From assembly GCA_044222475.1 (NCBI GenBank), contig JBGANF010000029.1, forward strand, positions 1 to 64,000: a stretch of DNA of 64,000 bases. The letters are read 5' to 3'. The stretch comes from Polyangiaceae bacterium (lineage in GTDB: Bacteria; Myxococcota_A; Polyangia; Polyangiales; Polyangiaceae). Both the position numbers and the translations under genes were made by a program. The notes under the pieces are model-generated. The model saw nothing but the letters and a program-made list of their open reading frames with translations. It was not told the origin of the DNA and did not search any database. This document shows, piece by piece, positions 45,366 to 54,090 of the stretch; within the stretch, counting starts at the first letter, position 1; each line of letters opens with the position of its first letter.

Positions 45366-46289
45366 TTAGCCGACGAGCAGTTCCACGTCACTCCGATCCA
45401 CCCCCAGACCGACCAAAGCGTCCCGAAATCGAGCTTTGGGGACCGAGACGAGGGTGGGCATCCCGCCTGAAAGTCCGAGCAGTGTCAGGAAGTTCTGTCC
45501 GCTGTCGAACGGGGCAGCGAGCGAGACGGTGTCTTGGTCGACGAGGATCGCGACGTCGGCCCGCTCCTGACCGAGCATCAGGAGCAGCGTCTTGTCGTAG
45601 CGGCCGTGGTGCTCGGTGGCATCGACGAACGCGGCAGAGCGAGCGCGCGTCTTCGCTTCGAGGGAGAAGACGCGGTAGCGCTCGGCGATGCGGCGGGTGT
45701 CCTTCTCGATCGCCTCGAGCTCGCGACCGGCGGCGTCGATCGGTTCCCACAGCGAAGCATCGGCGAGGCCGGTCGAGAGGTGACGGACCACCACGCCGAA
45801 GAGCGCGTAGTCGCGCGGTCGCGCGCGCAGCGCGCGGTCGAGGCGGACGCCGATCGGTCCAGGGAAGCCGATGCGCGTGTCGACCGCTCGCGCGTCAGCG
45901 TCGGACCCTTCGTAGGGCTCGCGGCCTTCGCGGATCCACTTCGCGGCGCTGCAGAGCCCGTCGAAGTCGGTGTGGCACACGATGCTGTCGACCGCGCCGA
46001 TGCGCTTCACCAGCTCGGGCGTGACCATCTCTGGACAGGCGCCGTGCTCGGCCTTCGTCGCGAGGACGAACCGCGGATCCGATCGGTAGCCCGCGTGGGC
46101 GGTGTGATCGTGGTGATCGACCCACGCCGCGAGGCGCTCGCCGAGACCGTCGATGAAGGGCTTGGTGATCTTGGCGAAGCCCCCGCCCGAGGCTTCGGAG
46201 GCGAAGGCCACGTCGAGGACGACGACGCGGCCCACGATCTCGCGCGGTCGTGGCAGCTTGCGCGGGGTCGCGAAATGGAGCGCGTGCAC
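45366..46289 (-). CDS. DHH-family phosphoesterase-like protein
   Basis: VLD, WVDHH, CHTDFDG, SGG motifs. Confidence 0.6.
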   Translation of the reverse strand: MHALHFATPRKLPRPREIVGRVVVLDVAFASEASGGGFAKITKPFIDGLGERLAAWVDHHDHTAHAGYRSDPRFVLATKAEHGACPEMVTPELVKRIGAVDSIVCHTDFDGLCSAAKWIREGREPYEGSDADARAVDTRIGFPGPIGVRLDRALRARPRDYALFGVVVRHLSTGLADASLWEPIDAAGRELEAIEKDTRRIAERYRVFSLEAKTRARSAAFVDATEHHGRYDKTLLLMLGQERADVAILVDQDTVSLAAPFDSGQNFLTLLGLSGGMPTLVSVPKARFRDALVGLGVDRSDVELLVG

Positions 46290-46317
46290 GCTCGCGTCAT
46301 AGCACGCGCGCTGCGCG

Positions 46318-48216
46318 TCAGAGCGCGAGGCGGTAGCCGAGGCTGACGTAGGGCCCGAAAAGGTTCACGTCGACGACCTCGCGATCGCGCGTCGTCGAGA
46401 AGCGAACCCCGGCGCCGAGGACGATGGTTCCGGGGCCGGCGACGAGGTGGCCGACGGCGAGGAGGTTCGCGCCGAACAGCGTGTTCGGCGAACGGAGAGA
46501 GACGTTGCCCCCGAAGTAGCTGACGTTCGCGTTCTCGAACGCGAAGAACGGCGTGACGCCGATCCCCGCCGAGAACGGGCTCTTTCCGAGCTTGTACCGC
46601 GCTTCGAGCGGAACGCCGACGACGTACACTCGCTCGCTCGTCGAGTACGAGCTGACGATCGCGCCGCCGGTCAGCGTCAGCGGCAGGGCACCGGTCTCGT
46701 CGGCGGCGCGCGCCTCCATCGAGAAGATCGCGTTGACCGAGAGCTCGACGCGGCCCATGTCTTGGCGGACGCCGCCGCGGAACCCGACGAGGGGGCCGAT
46801 GCCGGGAGCGGCGCCGGTGAACCCCGCTTCGATCCCGAGCTCACCGAACGTCGTCGGCACCACGTCCTTCGGCGGCAGCGGGACGACGTCTTGATCGCCA
46901 GCCTCGATCGGGAGCGCGAGGGCGACGTCGCCGTGGGCCTCGCCGTTGGCGGCGACCTTCGCAGCGAGCTGCGTCGTGCCGGGGTTCCACCCGATCTTCG
47001 CGGCGTAGACGCCGTGGTCTTCGGAGGTGAACACATCGACGTCGACGCCGTTCGCGTTGGCGACGGCGAGCGTGACGTGATCGACTGCGTGTCCGGCCGT
47101 GTCCTTGGCGGTCGCGCGGAGGATCGCCGTGTGAGCGTGGGCGTTCGCGTTCGCGAGCGACCACGTCAGGGTGAAAGGCTCGGCCGTCAGGTGGACGGGG
47201 GCGGAGAGCGGACCGTCGGCGGTGGTGGAGCAGCGGAGGTCGTGCGAGTGGAAGCGATCGAGCGAGGCGTCGGCGGCGACGGCGGCGGGGGCAGCGCCGT
47301 CGATCGCGCAGGTGAGACCGAGCAGCGGCAAGCCGATGGGGATCTCCTGCGTCCACCCGGCGGCCGGCGCGGTGGAGACGACCCGAACCTGCGCGACGGG
47401 GCTGAACGGGCCCTCGAAACCGTCGGCGTCGATCGCGCTGACGCGGAGCGAGTAGGGGCCTACCGGAGCGAGGATCTTCGGGTCGACGCGGGTGCTGGTG
47501 GCCGGGACCTCGGCGTCGGCGACCCGCATGGCGAAGACGGGATCGCGCGCGACCTGTACGTGGTACCGGACGGGGGCGTCGCCCGTAGTACCACGTTGGT
47601 ACGACGCGTCGACGTTGGCGGTCGCGCCGCTCGTGAAGACGATCAACGGGGCCGTGACCCACGCGGGCATGCCCGGCAGCGCTCGCGGCGCGGCGGGTGC
47701 CTTGCCCGGCTCGATCACGACGCCGAAGCTCGGGTTCACCACCGCGTCTTTCTTCTGCGCGGTGACGGTCACCGGCGCGCCGCCGTAGACGGCGACGCGA
47801 GTGACCTTCTTGTCGTCGAAGGTGACGCGCGTGGTGCTCGTGCCCGCGACGATCCGCGCGCCGTCGGTGGTGGCGACCACCGGGGCCTTCGCGCCGCCCG
47901 CGTCGCCGGTGACCAGCGAGCCGCTCGAGAGCGTCGCGGTGCCGAGGCCGATGGTGACGAGGGTCTTCTCGCCGATCGTGACCCCGGACCCGTCGGCGAA
48001 GGCCACGCCGACGGTGGCCCCGGCCTCGGTGCGGACTCGATCGCCTCGGCGGAGCGGAGCGTCGGCCTTCGCCGGGGTCGGCGCTGGGGTCAACGTCGTC
48101 GCGTCGCCGCGGACGGAGGTGACCTTGGCGTCGGGAGGGAGCGCGCCCGCGGCAGCGGCGAGGCCGGAGACGAGCAGCCCCGCGCTGAAGGTGACGACGC
48201 CGAGGCCGCGGCCCAT
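46318..48216 (-). CDS. Exported FecR-domain protein with Fn3/Ig-like middle and C-terminal beta-barrel-like domain
   Basis: Start MGRGLGVV (48216); L..GDRVRT...FADGS...GEKT, VAVYGG; YHVQVARD..F, RVSAID.DGFEGPFS; ends GPYVSLGYRLAL. Confidence 0.7.
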   Translation of the reverse strand: MGRGLGVVTFSAGLLVSGLAAAAGALPPDAKVTSVRGDATTLTPAPTPAKADAPLRRGDRVRTEAGATVGVAFADGSGVTIGEKTLVTIGLGTATLSSGSLVTGDAGGAKAPVVATTDGARIVAGTSTTRVTFDDKKVTRVAVYGGAPVTVTAQKKDAVVNPSFGVVIEPGKAPAAPRALPGMPAWVTAPLIVFTSGATANVDASYQRGTTGDAPVRYHVQVARDPVFAMRVADAEVPATSTRVDPKILAPVGPYSLRVSAIDADGFEGPFSPVAQVRVVSTAPAAGWTQEIPIGLPLLGLTCAIDGAAPAAVAADASLDRFHSHDLRCSTTADGPLSAPVHLTAEPFTLTWSLANANAHAHTAILRATAKDTAGHAVDHVTLAVANANGVDVDVFTSEDHGVYAAKIGWNPGTTQLAAKVAANGEAHGDVALALPIEAGDQDVVPLPPKDVVPTTFGELGIEAGFTGAAPGIGPLVGFRGGVRQDMGRVELSVNAIFSMEARAADETGALPLTLTGGAIVSSYSTSERVYVVGVPLEARYKLGKSPFSAGIGVTPFFAFENANVSYFGGNVSLRSPNTLFGANLLAVGHLVAGPGTIVLGAGVRFSTTRDREVVDVNLFGPYVSLGYRLAL

Positions 48217-48267
48217 GGAGTCCCGTCCTACCATGAAGCAGCGGGCGAAGATACGCTGTGCCCCGCC

Positions 48268-48906
48268 ATGGAAAACCGCATCAAGTACGATGAGCGTGGG
48301 CTCGTGCCGGTGATCGTTCAAGACGAGCTCACCGGCGAGGTGCGGATGCTCGCCTGGGCCGACGAGGCCGCGCTGGCGGAGACGGCGAAGACCGGCCTCG
48401 CGACGTTCTTCAGTCGATCGCGCGGTGGACGCTGGGTCAAAGGGGAGACGAGTGGGAACACCATCTCCGTGTCGCGCGTCGTCGTCGACTGCGACGCGGA
48501 CGCAGTGCTCTACCTCGGACGGGCGAAGGGGCCGTCGTGTCACACCGGCGAGGAGACGTGCTTCTTCCGCGACGCGGACGGCGCGCCCGCCGACCGCGGG
48601 CCGATGCTCTTGCGCCTCGAGGCGATCGTCGAATCGCGAAAGTCGAGCGAAGGGAAGAGCTCGTACGTGCGCTCGCTCTACGACGGCGGGGCGGAGCGCA
48701 TCGGCGAGAAGATCCGAGAGGAAGCCGCCGAGCTCGCGACGGCGATCGCGTCCGAGAGCGACGAGCGCGTCACGGAAGAGGCGGCGGATCTCCTGTTCCA
48801 CGCGATCGTGGGCTTGCGAAGCCGGTCCGTCCCATTCAGGGACGTCGTCGCCGTTCTCGCGCGCCGCTTCGGTCGAAGCGGCCACGACGAGAAGGCTTCG
48901 CGCTGA
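48268..48906 (+). CDS. hisIE: Bifunctional phosphoribosyl-AMP cyclohydrolase / phosphoribosyl-ATP pyrophosphatase
   Basis: GLVPVIVQD, FFSRSR..W.KGETSGN, DCDAD, CHTG..TCF, SY...L, KI.EEAAE, EAADLLFH. Confidence 0.95.
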   Translation: MENRIKYDERGLVPVIVQDELTGEVRMLAWADEAALAETAKTGLATFFSRSRGGRWVKGETSGNTISVSRVVVDCDADAVLYLGRAKGPSCHTGEETCFFRDADGAPADRGPMLLRLEAIVESRKSSEGKSSYVRSLYDGGAERIGEKIREEAAELATAIASESDERVTEEAADLLFHAIVGLRSRSVPFRDVVAVLARRFGRSGHDEKASR

Positions 48907-49881
48907 TCACTTCGCCGGCGGAGGCGTCGCCGGTGGCGCGGCGCCATCGGCCGGAACGCACGGCGGGGGCGGCGGCGGGGGCGGGGGCGGCGGCTCCCAC
49001 GCGTAGATGATCGTCGCCGTCGTCACCGTGTCGAGCTTCTCCTTGTTCGCGAGCGGCGCGTTGTCGAAGCGCGCGCTGAACCCGACACCGAGGGAGAACC
49101 CGGCGAACAGCTTCGCCGCGACGAGGGCGTCGAAGTTCAAGCGCGTGCGATCGACCTCCTTGAAGCTCTGGATGAACTCGATGCCGGTCGAGAACGTGAC
49201 GATCTTGTTCACCGCCGCGCGATAGCCCAGGTAGGCGCGCACGCTGTGATCCGTGTACGTCTTCGGGAGAAAATTGGGCTGAGGGAAGGGGAACTGGTTG
49301 CCGTCGGCGTCGACGAACCCACGCGCGCTCTCGAGCCGCGTGTCGTGCTGGAGGTCGTAGCCGAGCTCGCCCCACATCGAGTGGGTGTCGTTCTGGAAGA
49401 AGATCGCCTTCACGCCGGGGTCGAAGTTGAGGCGGAAGAGGAGGCCTTGGAACCGATCGTAGCGGCCGGTGAACTGGACGAAGCCGGCGAGCGGATTGAT
49501 GAAATAGCGCTCGTAGCGGAGCTTGCCTTGGACGTTCTCGGCGGTCGTCGTCCGCGGAGCCGACGCAGACGCGGATCCTTCGCCGTAGTTCGCAACGAGT
49601 GCCCCGAGGAAGCCGTTCTTGTCGCGCCGAAACTCGAAGTTGCCGTTCGCCGAGAGCGCGAGCAGGCGCGAGTTTCCGGTCGTGAGCTGGAGGCCGCCGG
49701 CGATCGACGCCTGCGACACGTCCTTGTTCTCGAGCTTCAGCGCCTCCTTCGGAGCCGCGACCGGACCGACGGCGGCTTTGGCGTCGGGGGGCGGTGCACC
49801 GGTGCCCTGGCCGAACGCCGATGGGGAGAGACTGATCGCGACGAGCGTGAGGAGGGGCGTGACGAAGGGGCGAAATCGCAT
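48907..49881 (-). CDS. DUF481 (YdiY-like) outer-membrane beta-barrel protein
   Basis: Signal peptide; TTGNS, DRFQGL..R...PG, FDNAP...KEKLDT...IIY; Pro-rich tail. Confidence 0.8.
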   Translation of the reverse strand: MRFRPFVTPLLTLVAISLSPSAFGQGTGAPPPDAKAAVGPVAAPKEALKLENKDVSQASIAGGLQLTTGNSRLLALSANGNFEFRRDKNGFLGALVANYGEGSASASAPRTTTAENVQGKLRYERYFINPLAGFVQFTGRYDRFQGLLFRLNFDPGVKAIFFQNDTHSMWGELGYDLQHDTRLESARGFVDADGNQFPFPQPNFLPKTYTDHSVRAYLGYRAAVNKIVTFSTGIEFIQSFKEVDRTRLNFDALVAAKLFAGFSLGVGFSARFDNAPLANKEKLDTVTTATIIYAWEPPPPPPPPPPPCVPADGAAPPATPPPAK

Positions 49882-49938
49882 GGAGCCACGCTAATCCAAA
49901 CCGACGGCCAACCGAAATTTGCGGTGCGGTACGCTTGT

Positions 49939-49968
49939 TTGACAGAAAATCTCCCGAACCCCTATCCT
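49939..49968 (+). promoter_or_regulatory. Putative sigma70-type promoter
   Basis: TTGACA (49939-49944) -18 nt- TATCCT (49963-49968), 11 nt before the ATG at 49980. Confidence 0.5.
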
Positions 49969-49979
49969 TCCTTTTCCAG

Positions 49980-52532
49980 ATGACGACGAAAGTGCTGGTG
50001 TTCGAGAGCGACGCGGGGTTCGCCGCTGAGCTCAAGAACGAGCTGAGCCGGCTCGGCTGTACGACCCACGTCGTCGACGATGGGAACGTGGGCCTTCAAC
50101 AGGCCGCGTCCGACAAGCCCGACCTGATTCTGCTGTCGATCGAGCTGCCCCGCATGAACGGGTTCTCGGTCTGCAACAAGCTGAAGAAGGACGCGAAGCT
50201 GAAGGACGTCCCGCTCATCATCATGTCGAGCGAGTCGAGCGACGAGACGTTCGAGCAGCACCGCAAGCTCCGCACCCGCGCCGAAGACTACGTCCACAAG
50301 CCGATCGCCTTCGGTGAGCTCCTCCAGCACATCCGAACGTTCGTCCCGCTCGGGAGCACGGGCGCCAGCGAAGCTCCGGCCGACATCGTCATCGACGACG
50401 ACATCTCGATCGTCAGCTCCGACGTCGTCGAGGACGAAGGGACGCTCGTCGTCGAGCAGCAGCAGCAGCAACAGCCGCCGAAGCGGTCGAACCGTCCGCC
50501 GCCCGTTCCTGCCGCTGCAAAGGGCGAGAAGGTCGACGACGAGGTCGACGCGTTCATCGACGCCGGCTTCGGTCGGCTGACGACGAAGAGCTCGCCGCCT
50601 CCGGCCAACGGCTCGCCCGCGGCCGTGATGACGGTGAAGGGCAAGAGCATCCCGCCGCCGGCCGACGGGCGAGTGGCCGAGCTCGAAGCGGAGCTCATGG
50701 CCGCGCGCGAGGAGTCGGCGAAGCTCCGTGCGGACTTCGACGCCAAGATCGAGGCCGAGCAGAAGAAGATGGAAGCCGAGATGGAGGAGCTGAAGCAGAA
50801 GCTCACCGCGGCGCCCAAGGCCGGCGGCGTCTCCAGCCGCGAGTTCCTCGATCTCCGCGAGGCGCTCAACAAGAAGGACAAGGAGATCCTGGCCCTCAAA
50901 GAGACCCTGTCCAAGAAGGACAAGGAGATCTTCGAGGGTCGCGACAAGTCGCTCGCGCTCGAGCGCGCCAAGGCCGATCTCGACGATCGCGTCCTCGCCG
51001 TCGAGCGCCAGATGGAAGAGGCGAAGGAGAAGCTCGAGAACGCCATCCGCGACCGCGACACCGCGAAGAAGGCGGCCGAGGACAACAAGGCGCGCTTCGC
51101 GAAGGCCGAAGCTACGATCGAAGAGCGCGTCAAGGAGATCGAGGCGGCGAAGGCCAAGGCGAAGGACGACGCCACCGCTCACGAAGCCGCGCTCGCTGCG
51201 GCTCGCGCCGATCACGAGAAGGCGGTCGCGGGCATCCGCGAAGAGCACGCTGCCGCGCTCGCCGCCGCCGACGCGCTCCGCGTCGCCGCGCTCGCCGACG
51301 CCGCCAAGGAGAAGGAATCAGCGCTGGCCGCCGCCGCGCAGGAGAAGGCCGAAGCGCTCGCCGCTGCCGCCGCCGCCGCCGACGCAGCGACCGCGTCGCT
51401 CTCGGCCGAGCACGACGAGGCTCTCGCCGCCGCGACCGCCGCGGGCGAGCAAGCCAAGGCCGAGGCCATCGCCGCGACGCAAGCGACGATGAAGAGCGAG
51501 GCCGACGGCAAGCTCGCGTCGCTTCACCGCGCTCATCAGGACGAGCTCGGCAAGGTTCGCGCGGAGCACGCGCAGGAGCGCGAGAAGGACGCCGCGCGTC
51601 ACGCCAGCGAGCTGGCCCTGCAGCAGGCCAAGGCCGACGAGCAGCTCGACGAAGCGAGGCAGCAGGCCGAAGCGGCGCTCAAGGCGCGCGAGGCGGAGCT
51701 CGAAGCCAAGCGCGAGGCCGAGGTCGCCGCAGCGAACCGCGATCGCGACGAGAAGCTCGCGGCGCTCGAGCGCGATCGGGACGAGAAGCTCGCTGCGGTC
51801 GAGCGCGATCGTGATCAGAAGGTCGCCGCGGCCGAGAAGGATCGCGACGACAAGGTCGCTGCGGTCGAGCGCGACCGCGCGGAGAAGATCGCTGCGCTCG
51901 AGGCCGATCGCGACGCGAAGATCGCCGCGCTCGAAGCCGATCGCGACGCCAAGGTCGCCGCCGCCGAGCAAGACCGCGACACGAAGGTGGCCACCGCCGA
52001 CGCGCGCCGCGCCGCCGACGTCGCCGAGGCCCAGCAAGACCGCGACGACAAGGTGGCGGCGCTCACCGCCGACCGCGATCAGAAGGTCGCCGCGGCCGAG
52101 AAGGATCGCGACGAGAAGGTCGCGTCGCTCACCGCGGAGCGCAACGGCACGGTCTCTCGCCTCGAGGGGGAGCTCGCGCAGGTCAAGGACGAGCTCGCGA
52201 AGCTCATCGACACCAAGCGCGCAGTCGACGCCGCGAACGAAGCGCGGATCGCAGAGCTCGATCAGCGCGTGAACGAGCTCTCGGCGCGCGCATCGCAGCT
52301 CGACAGCGAGCTCGGTCAGAACAAGGATCGCGTCTCGGCCCTCGAAGCGGAGAACGCCGCGCTCAAGGCCGATCTGGCGGACACCAAGGACCGCCTCGGC
52401 AAAGCGACGACTCGCGCCGATCGCGCCTACGCCAAGTGGGAAGCCGACCGGGCCGCGCTCGAGAAGGCGAAGGACGCCCTCGCGGTGGTCCTCGGTCAGA
52501 TCGAAGACGCGGAAGGCCGCAGCATCGATTGA
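49980..52532 (+). CDS. frzS: FrzS-like pseudo-receiver domain plus long coiled coil
   Basis: VLVFESD, DLILLSIELP (Ser at the phospho-Asp position), KLKKD..LKDVP, FEQHRKL..RAEDYVHKP as in Myxococcus FrzS; long coiled coil. Orthology not tested. Confidence 0.7.
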   Translation: MTTKVLVFESDAGFAAELKNELSRLGCTTHVVDDGNVGLQQAASDKPDLILLSIELPRMNGFSVCNKLKKDAKLKDVPLIIMSSESSDETFEQHRKLRTRAEDYVHKPIAFGELLQHIRTFVPLGSTGASEAPADIVIDDDISIVSSDVVEDEGTLVVEQQQQQQPPKRSNRPPPVPAAAKGEKVDDEVDAFIDAGFGRLTTKSSPPPANGSPAAVMTVKGKSIPPPADGRVAELEAELMAAREESAKLRADFDAKIEAEQKKMEAEMEELKQKLTAAPKAGGVSSREFLDLREALNKKDKEILALKETLSKKDKEIFEGRDKSLALERAKADLDDRVLAVERQMEEAKEKLENAIRDRDTAKKAAEDNKARFAKAEATIEERVKEIEAAKAKAKDDATAHEAALAAARADHEKAVAGIREEHAAALAAADALRVAALADAAKEKESALAAAAQEKAEALAAAAAAADAATASLSAEHDEALAAATAAGEQAKAEAIAATQATMKSEADGKLASLHRAHQDELGKVRAEHAQEREKDAARHASELALQQAKADEQLDEARQQAEAALKAREAELEAKREAEVAAANRDRDEKLAALERDRDEKLAAVERDRDQKVAAAEKDRDDKVAAVERDRAEKIAALEADRDAKIAALEADRDAKVAAAEQDRDTKVATADARRAADVAEAQQDRDDKVAALTADRDQKVAAAEKDRDEKVASLTAERNGTVSRLEGELAQVKDELAKLIDTKRAVDAANEARIAELDQRVNELSARASQLDSELGQNKDRVSALEAENAALKADLADTKDRLGKATTRADRAYAKWEADRAALEKAKDALAVVLGQIEDAEGRSID
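51738..52142 (+). repeat. Intragenic 33-nt tandem repeat (11-aa xDRDxKxAAxE), about 12 units
   Basis: RDRDEKLAALE RDRDEKLAAVE RDRDQKVAAAE KDRDDKVAAVE ... Confidence 0.9.
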
Positions 52533-52571
52533 GCCCGACCCGCTGCCGCCGCGTCTCTCTCGGAGAGAATC

Positions 52572-52687
52572 AACAGGAAGGGCGGAAGGGCGGAAGGTTT
52601 GGGGGTTGGTCGCGCGCCGCCGGCCCATCGCCATGACGCGGGCGTCCGGCACCCCCAAGATCCTTCCGTCCTTCCGCCCTTCCTGTT
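52572..52687. repeat. Long imperfect inverted repeat (REP/MITE-like hairpin) between convergent genes
   Basis: AACAGGAAGGGCGGAAGGGCGGAAGGTTTGGGGGT (52572-52606) pairs with ACCCCCAAGATCCTTCCGTCCTTCCGCCCTTCCTGTT (52651-52687). Confidence 0.85.
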
Positions 52688-54024
52688 CATTTTTTCTGGG
52701 TCCTTGCCGCCAGTTTCTTAGCTTCGGTTCTCGCTCGCGACACGGTCTCCTCGTCGTCGAACACCTGGTGCTCTCCGTCTCGCACCACGTGCGCTCCGTC
52801 CACGAACACGTGCTTCACGTCTCTCGCTTGCGTCGCGTAGACGAGGCGCGAGAACGGATCGCCTCCCGGCTCTTGGTGCGCTCCGTCGAGGCGGACGACG
52901 ACGAGATCGGCGCGCTTCCCGACCTCGATCGAGCCGATTTCTCGGTCGAGGTGAAGAGCGCGCGCCCCGTCGATCGTGGCGAGCCGCAGCGCTCGCTTCG
53001 CCGGGATCGCCGTCGTCGAGGTGCGCACCTTCGCGAGCAGCGCCGCGTGACGAAGCTCCTGCCACGGGTCGAGGTTGTTGTTGCACGGCGCACCGTCGCA
53101 GCCGATCGCGAGCTGCACTCCGAGCTCGTCGAGCTCGGCGATGCGCGCGATGCCCGAGCCGAGCTTCAGGTTCGCGCTCGGACAGTGGACGACCCGCGTT
53201 CCTTCGTCCGCCAACATGCGCGCCTCGTCGTCGGTGAGCTGCACGCCGTGCGCGAGGATCGCGCGCTCGCCGGCGAGGCCCCAGCCGCGGAGGATCTCGA
53301 GGTCGTCCTTGCCGCGCGCGGCGCGGACCGCCTCGCGCTCGCCCGCGTGCTCGGCGGCGTGCGTGTGCATGAGCGCCCCGTTGTCGTGCGAGCGCTCGGA
53401 GACGCCGCGCACGAGCGCCTCGCTGCAGGACAGGACGAACCGCGGCGCGTACGCGTAGCCGATGCGCCCGTGGCCCTTGCCGTCCCAGCGTGACCGCAGC
53501 GCGTCGCTCTCGTCGAGGCTCCACTTCGTCGACTCGCGGAGGCCCTTCGGCACCGCGTCGCCGACGTCCATCATGGTCTTGCCGCTGATGGCGCGGATGC
53601 CGCTGCGGAGGCACGCGTCCATGACCTCGTCGTGGTGGTGCACGGTGCCCATGTCGAGGATGGTGGTCGTTCCGGCGCGCATCATCTCGAGGAGGCCGAG
53701 CTCGGCGCTGGCGCGGAGGGAGCGCGCGTCGTGAGCGGCTTCGAAGGGCCAGATGCGCTGTGCGAGCCACTCGAGGAGCGGCAAATCGTCCGCCATGCCG
53801 CGGAAGAGCACCTGGCACAGGTGGACGTGCGCTTGGACCAAGCCGGGGATCACCGCGCAGCCGCGCGCGTCGACGACGCGCGCAGGCCGATGCGCTTGCC
53901 GAGCGGCGTTCGGGCCGACGGCCACGATTCGCTCCCCGCGCACGAGGACGTCCCCGACGAAGGTCCGATCGCTGCCGTCGCACGTGACGACGGTGCCGCC
54001 CGCCAAAACCAGGTCCACATCCAC
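52687..54024 (-). CDS. Amidohydrolase, MTA/SAH or 5'-deoxyadenosine deaminase family
   Basis: PGLVQAHVH, HTHAAE, LAHGV, HCPSANLKLGSG, GCDG..CNN, GSIEVGKRAD. Confidence 0.88.
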   Translation of the reverse strand: MDVDLVLAGGTVVTCDGSDRTFVGDVLVRGERIVAVGPNAARQAHRPARVVDARGCAVIPGLVQAHVHLCQVLFRGMADDLPLLEWLAQRIWPFEAAHDARSLRASAELGLLEMMRAGTTTILDMGTVHHHDEVMDACLRSGIRAISGKTMMDVGDAVPKGLRESTKWSLDESDALRSRWDGKGHGRIGYAYAPRFVLSCSEALVRGVSERSHDNGALMHTHAAEHAGEREAVRAARGKDDLEILRGWGLAGERAILAHGVQLTDDEARMLADEGTRVVHCPSANLKLGSGIARIAELDELGVQLAIGCDGAPCNNNLDPWQELRHAALLAKVRTSTTAIPAKRALRLATIDGARALHLDREIGSIEVGKRADLVVVRLDGAHQEPGGDPFSRLVYATQARDVKHVFVDGAHVVRDGEHQVFDDEETVSRARTEAKKLAARTQKK

Positions 54025-54090
54025 CGACTACGGCGTTTCGACTTGGCGCGCAACTCGGCTGAAGCCCTGATAGAATCGAAGGTCTGGGCC

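Noticed and set aside
51738..52142. CRISPR-like periodicity (33-nt repeats)
   Set aside because: In-frame coding repeats with no unique spacers and no cas genes
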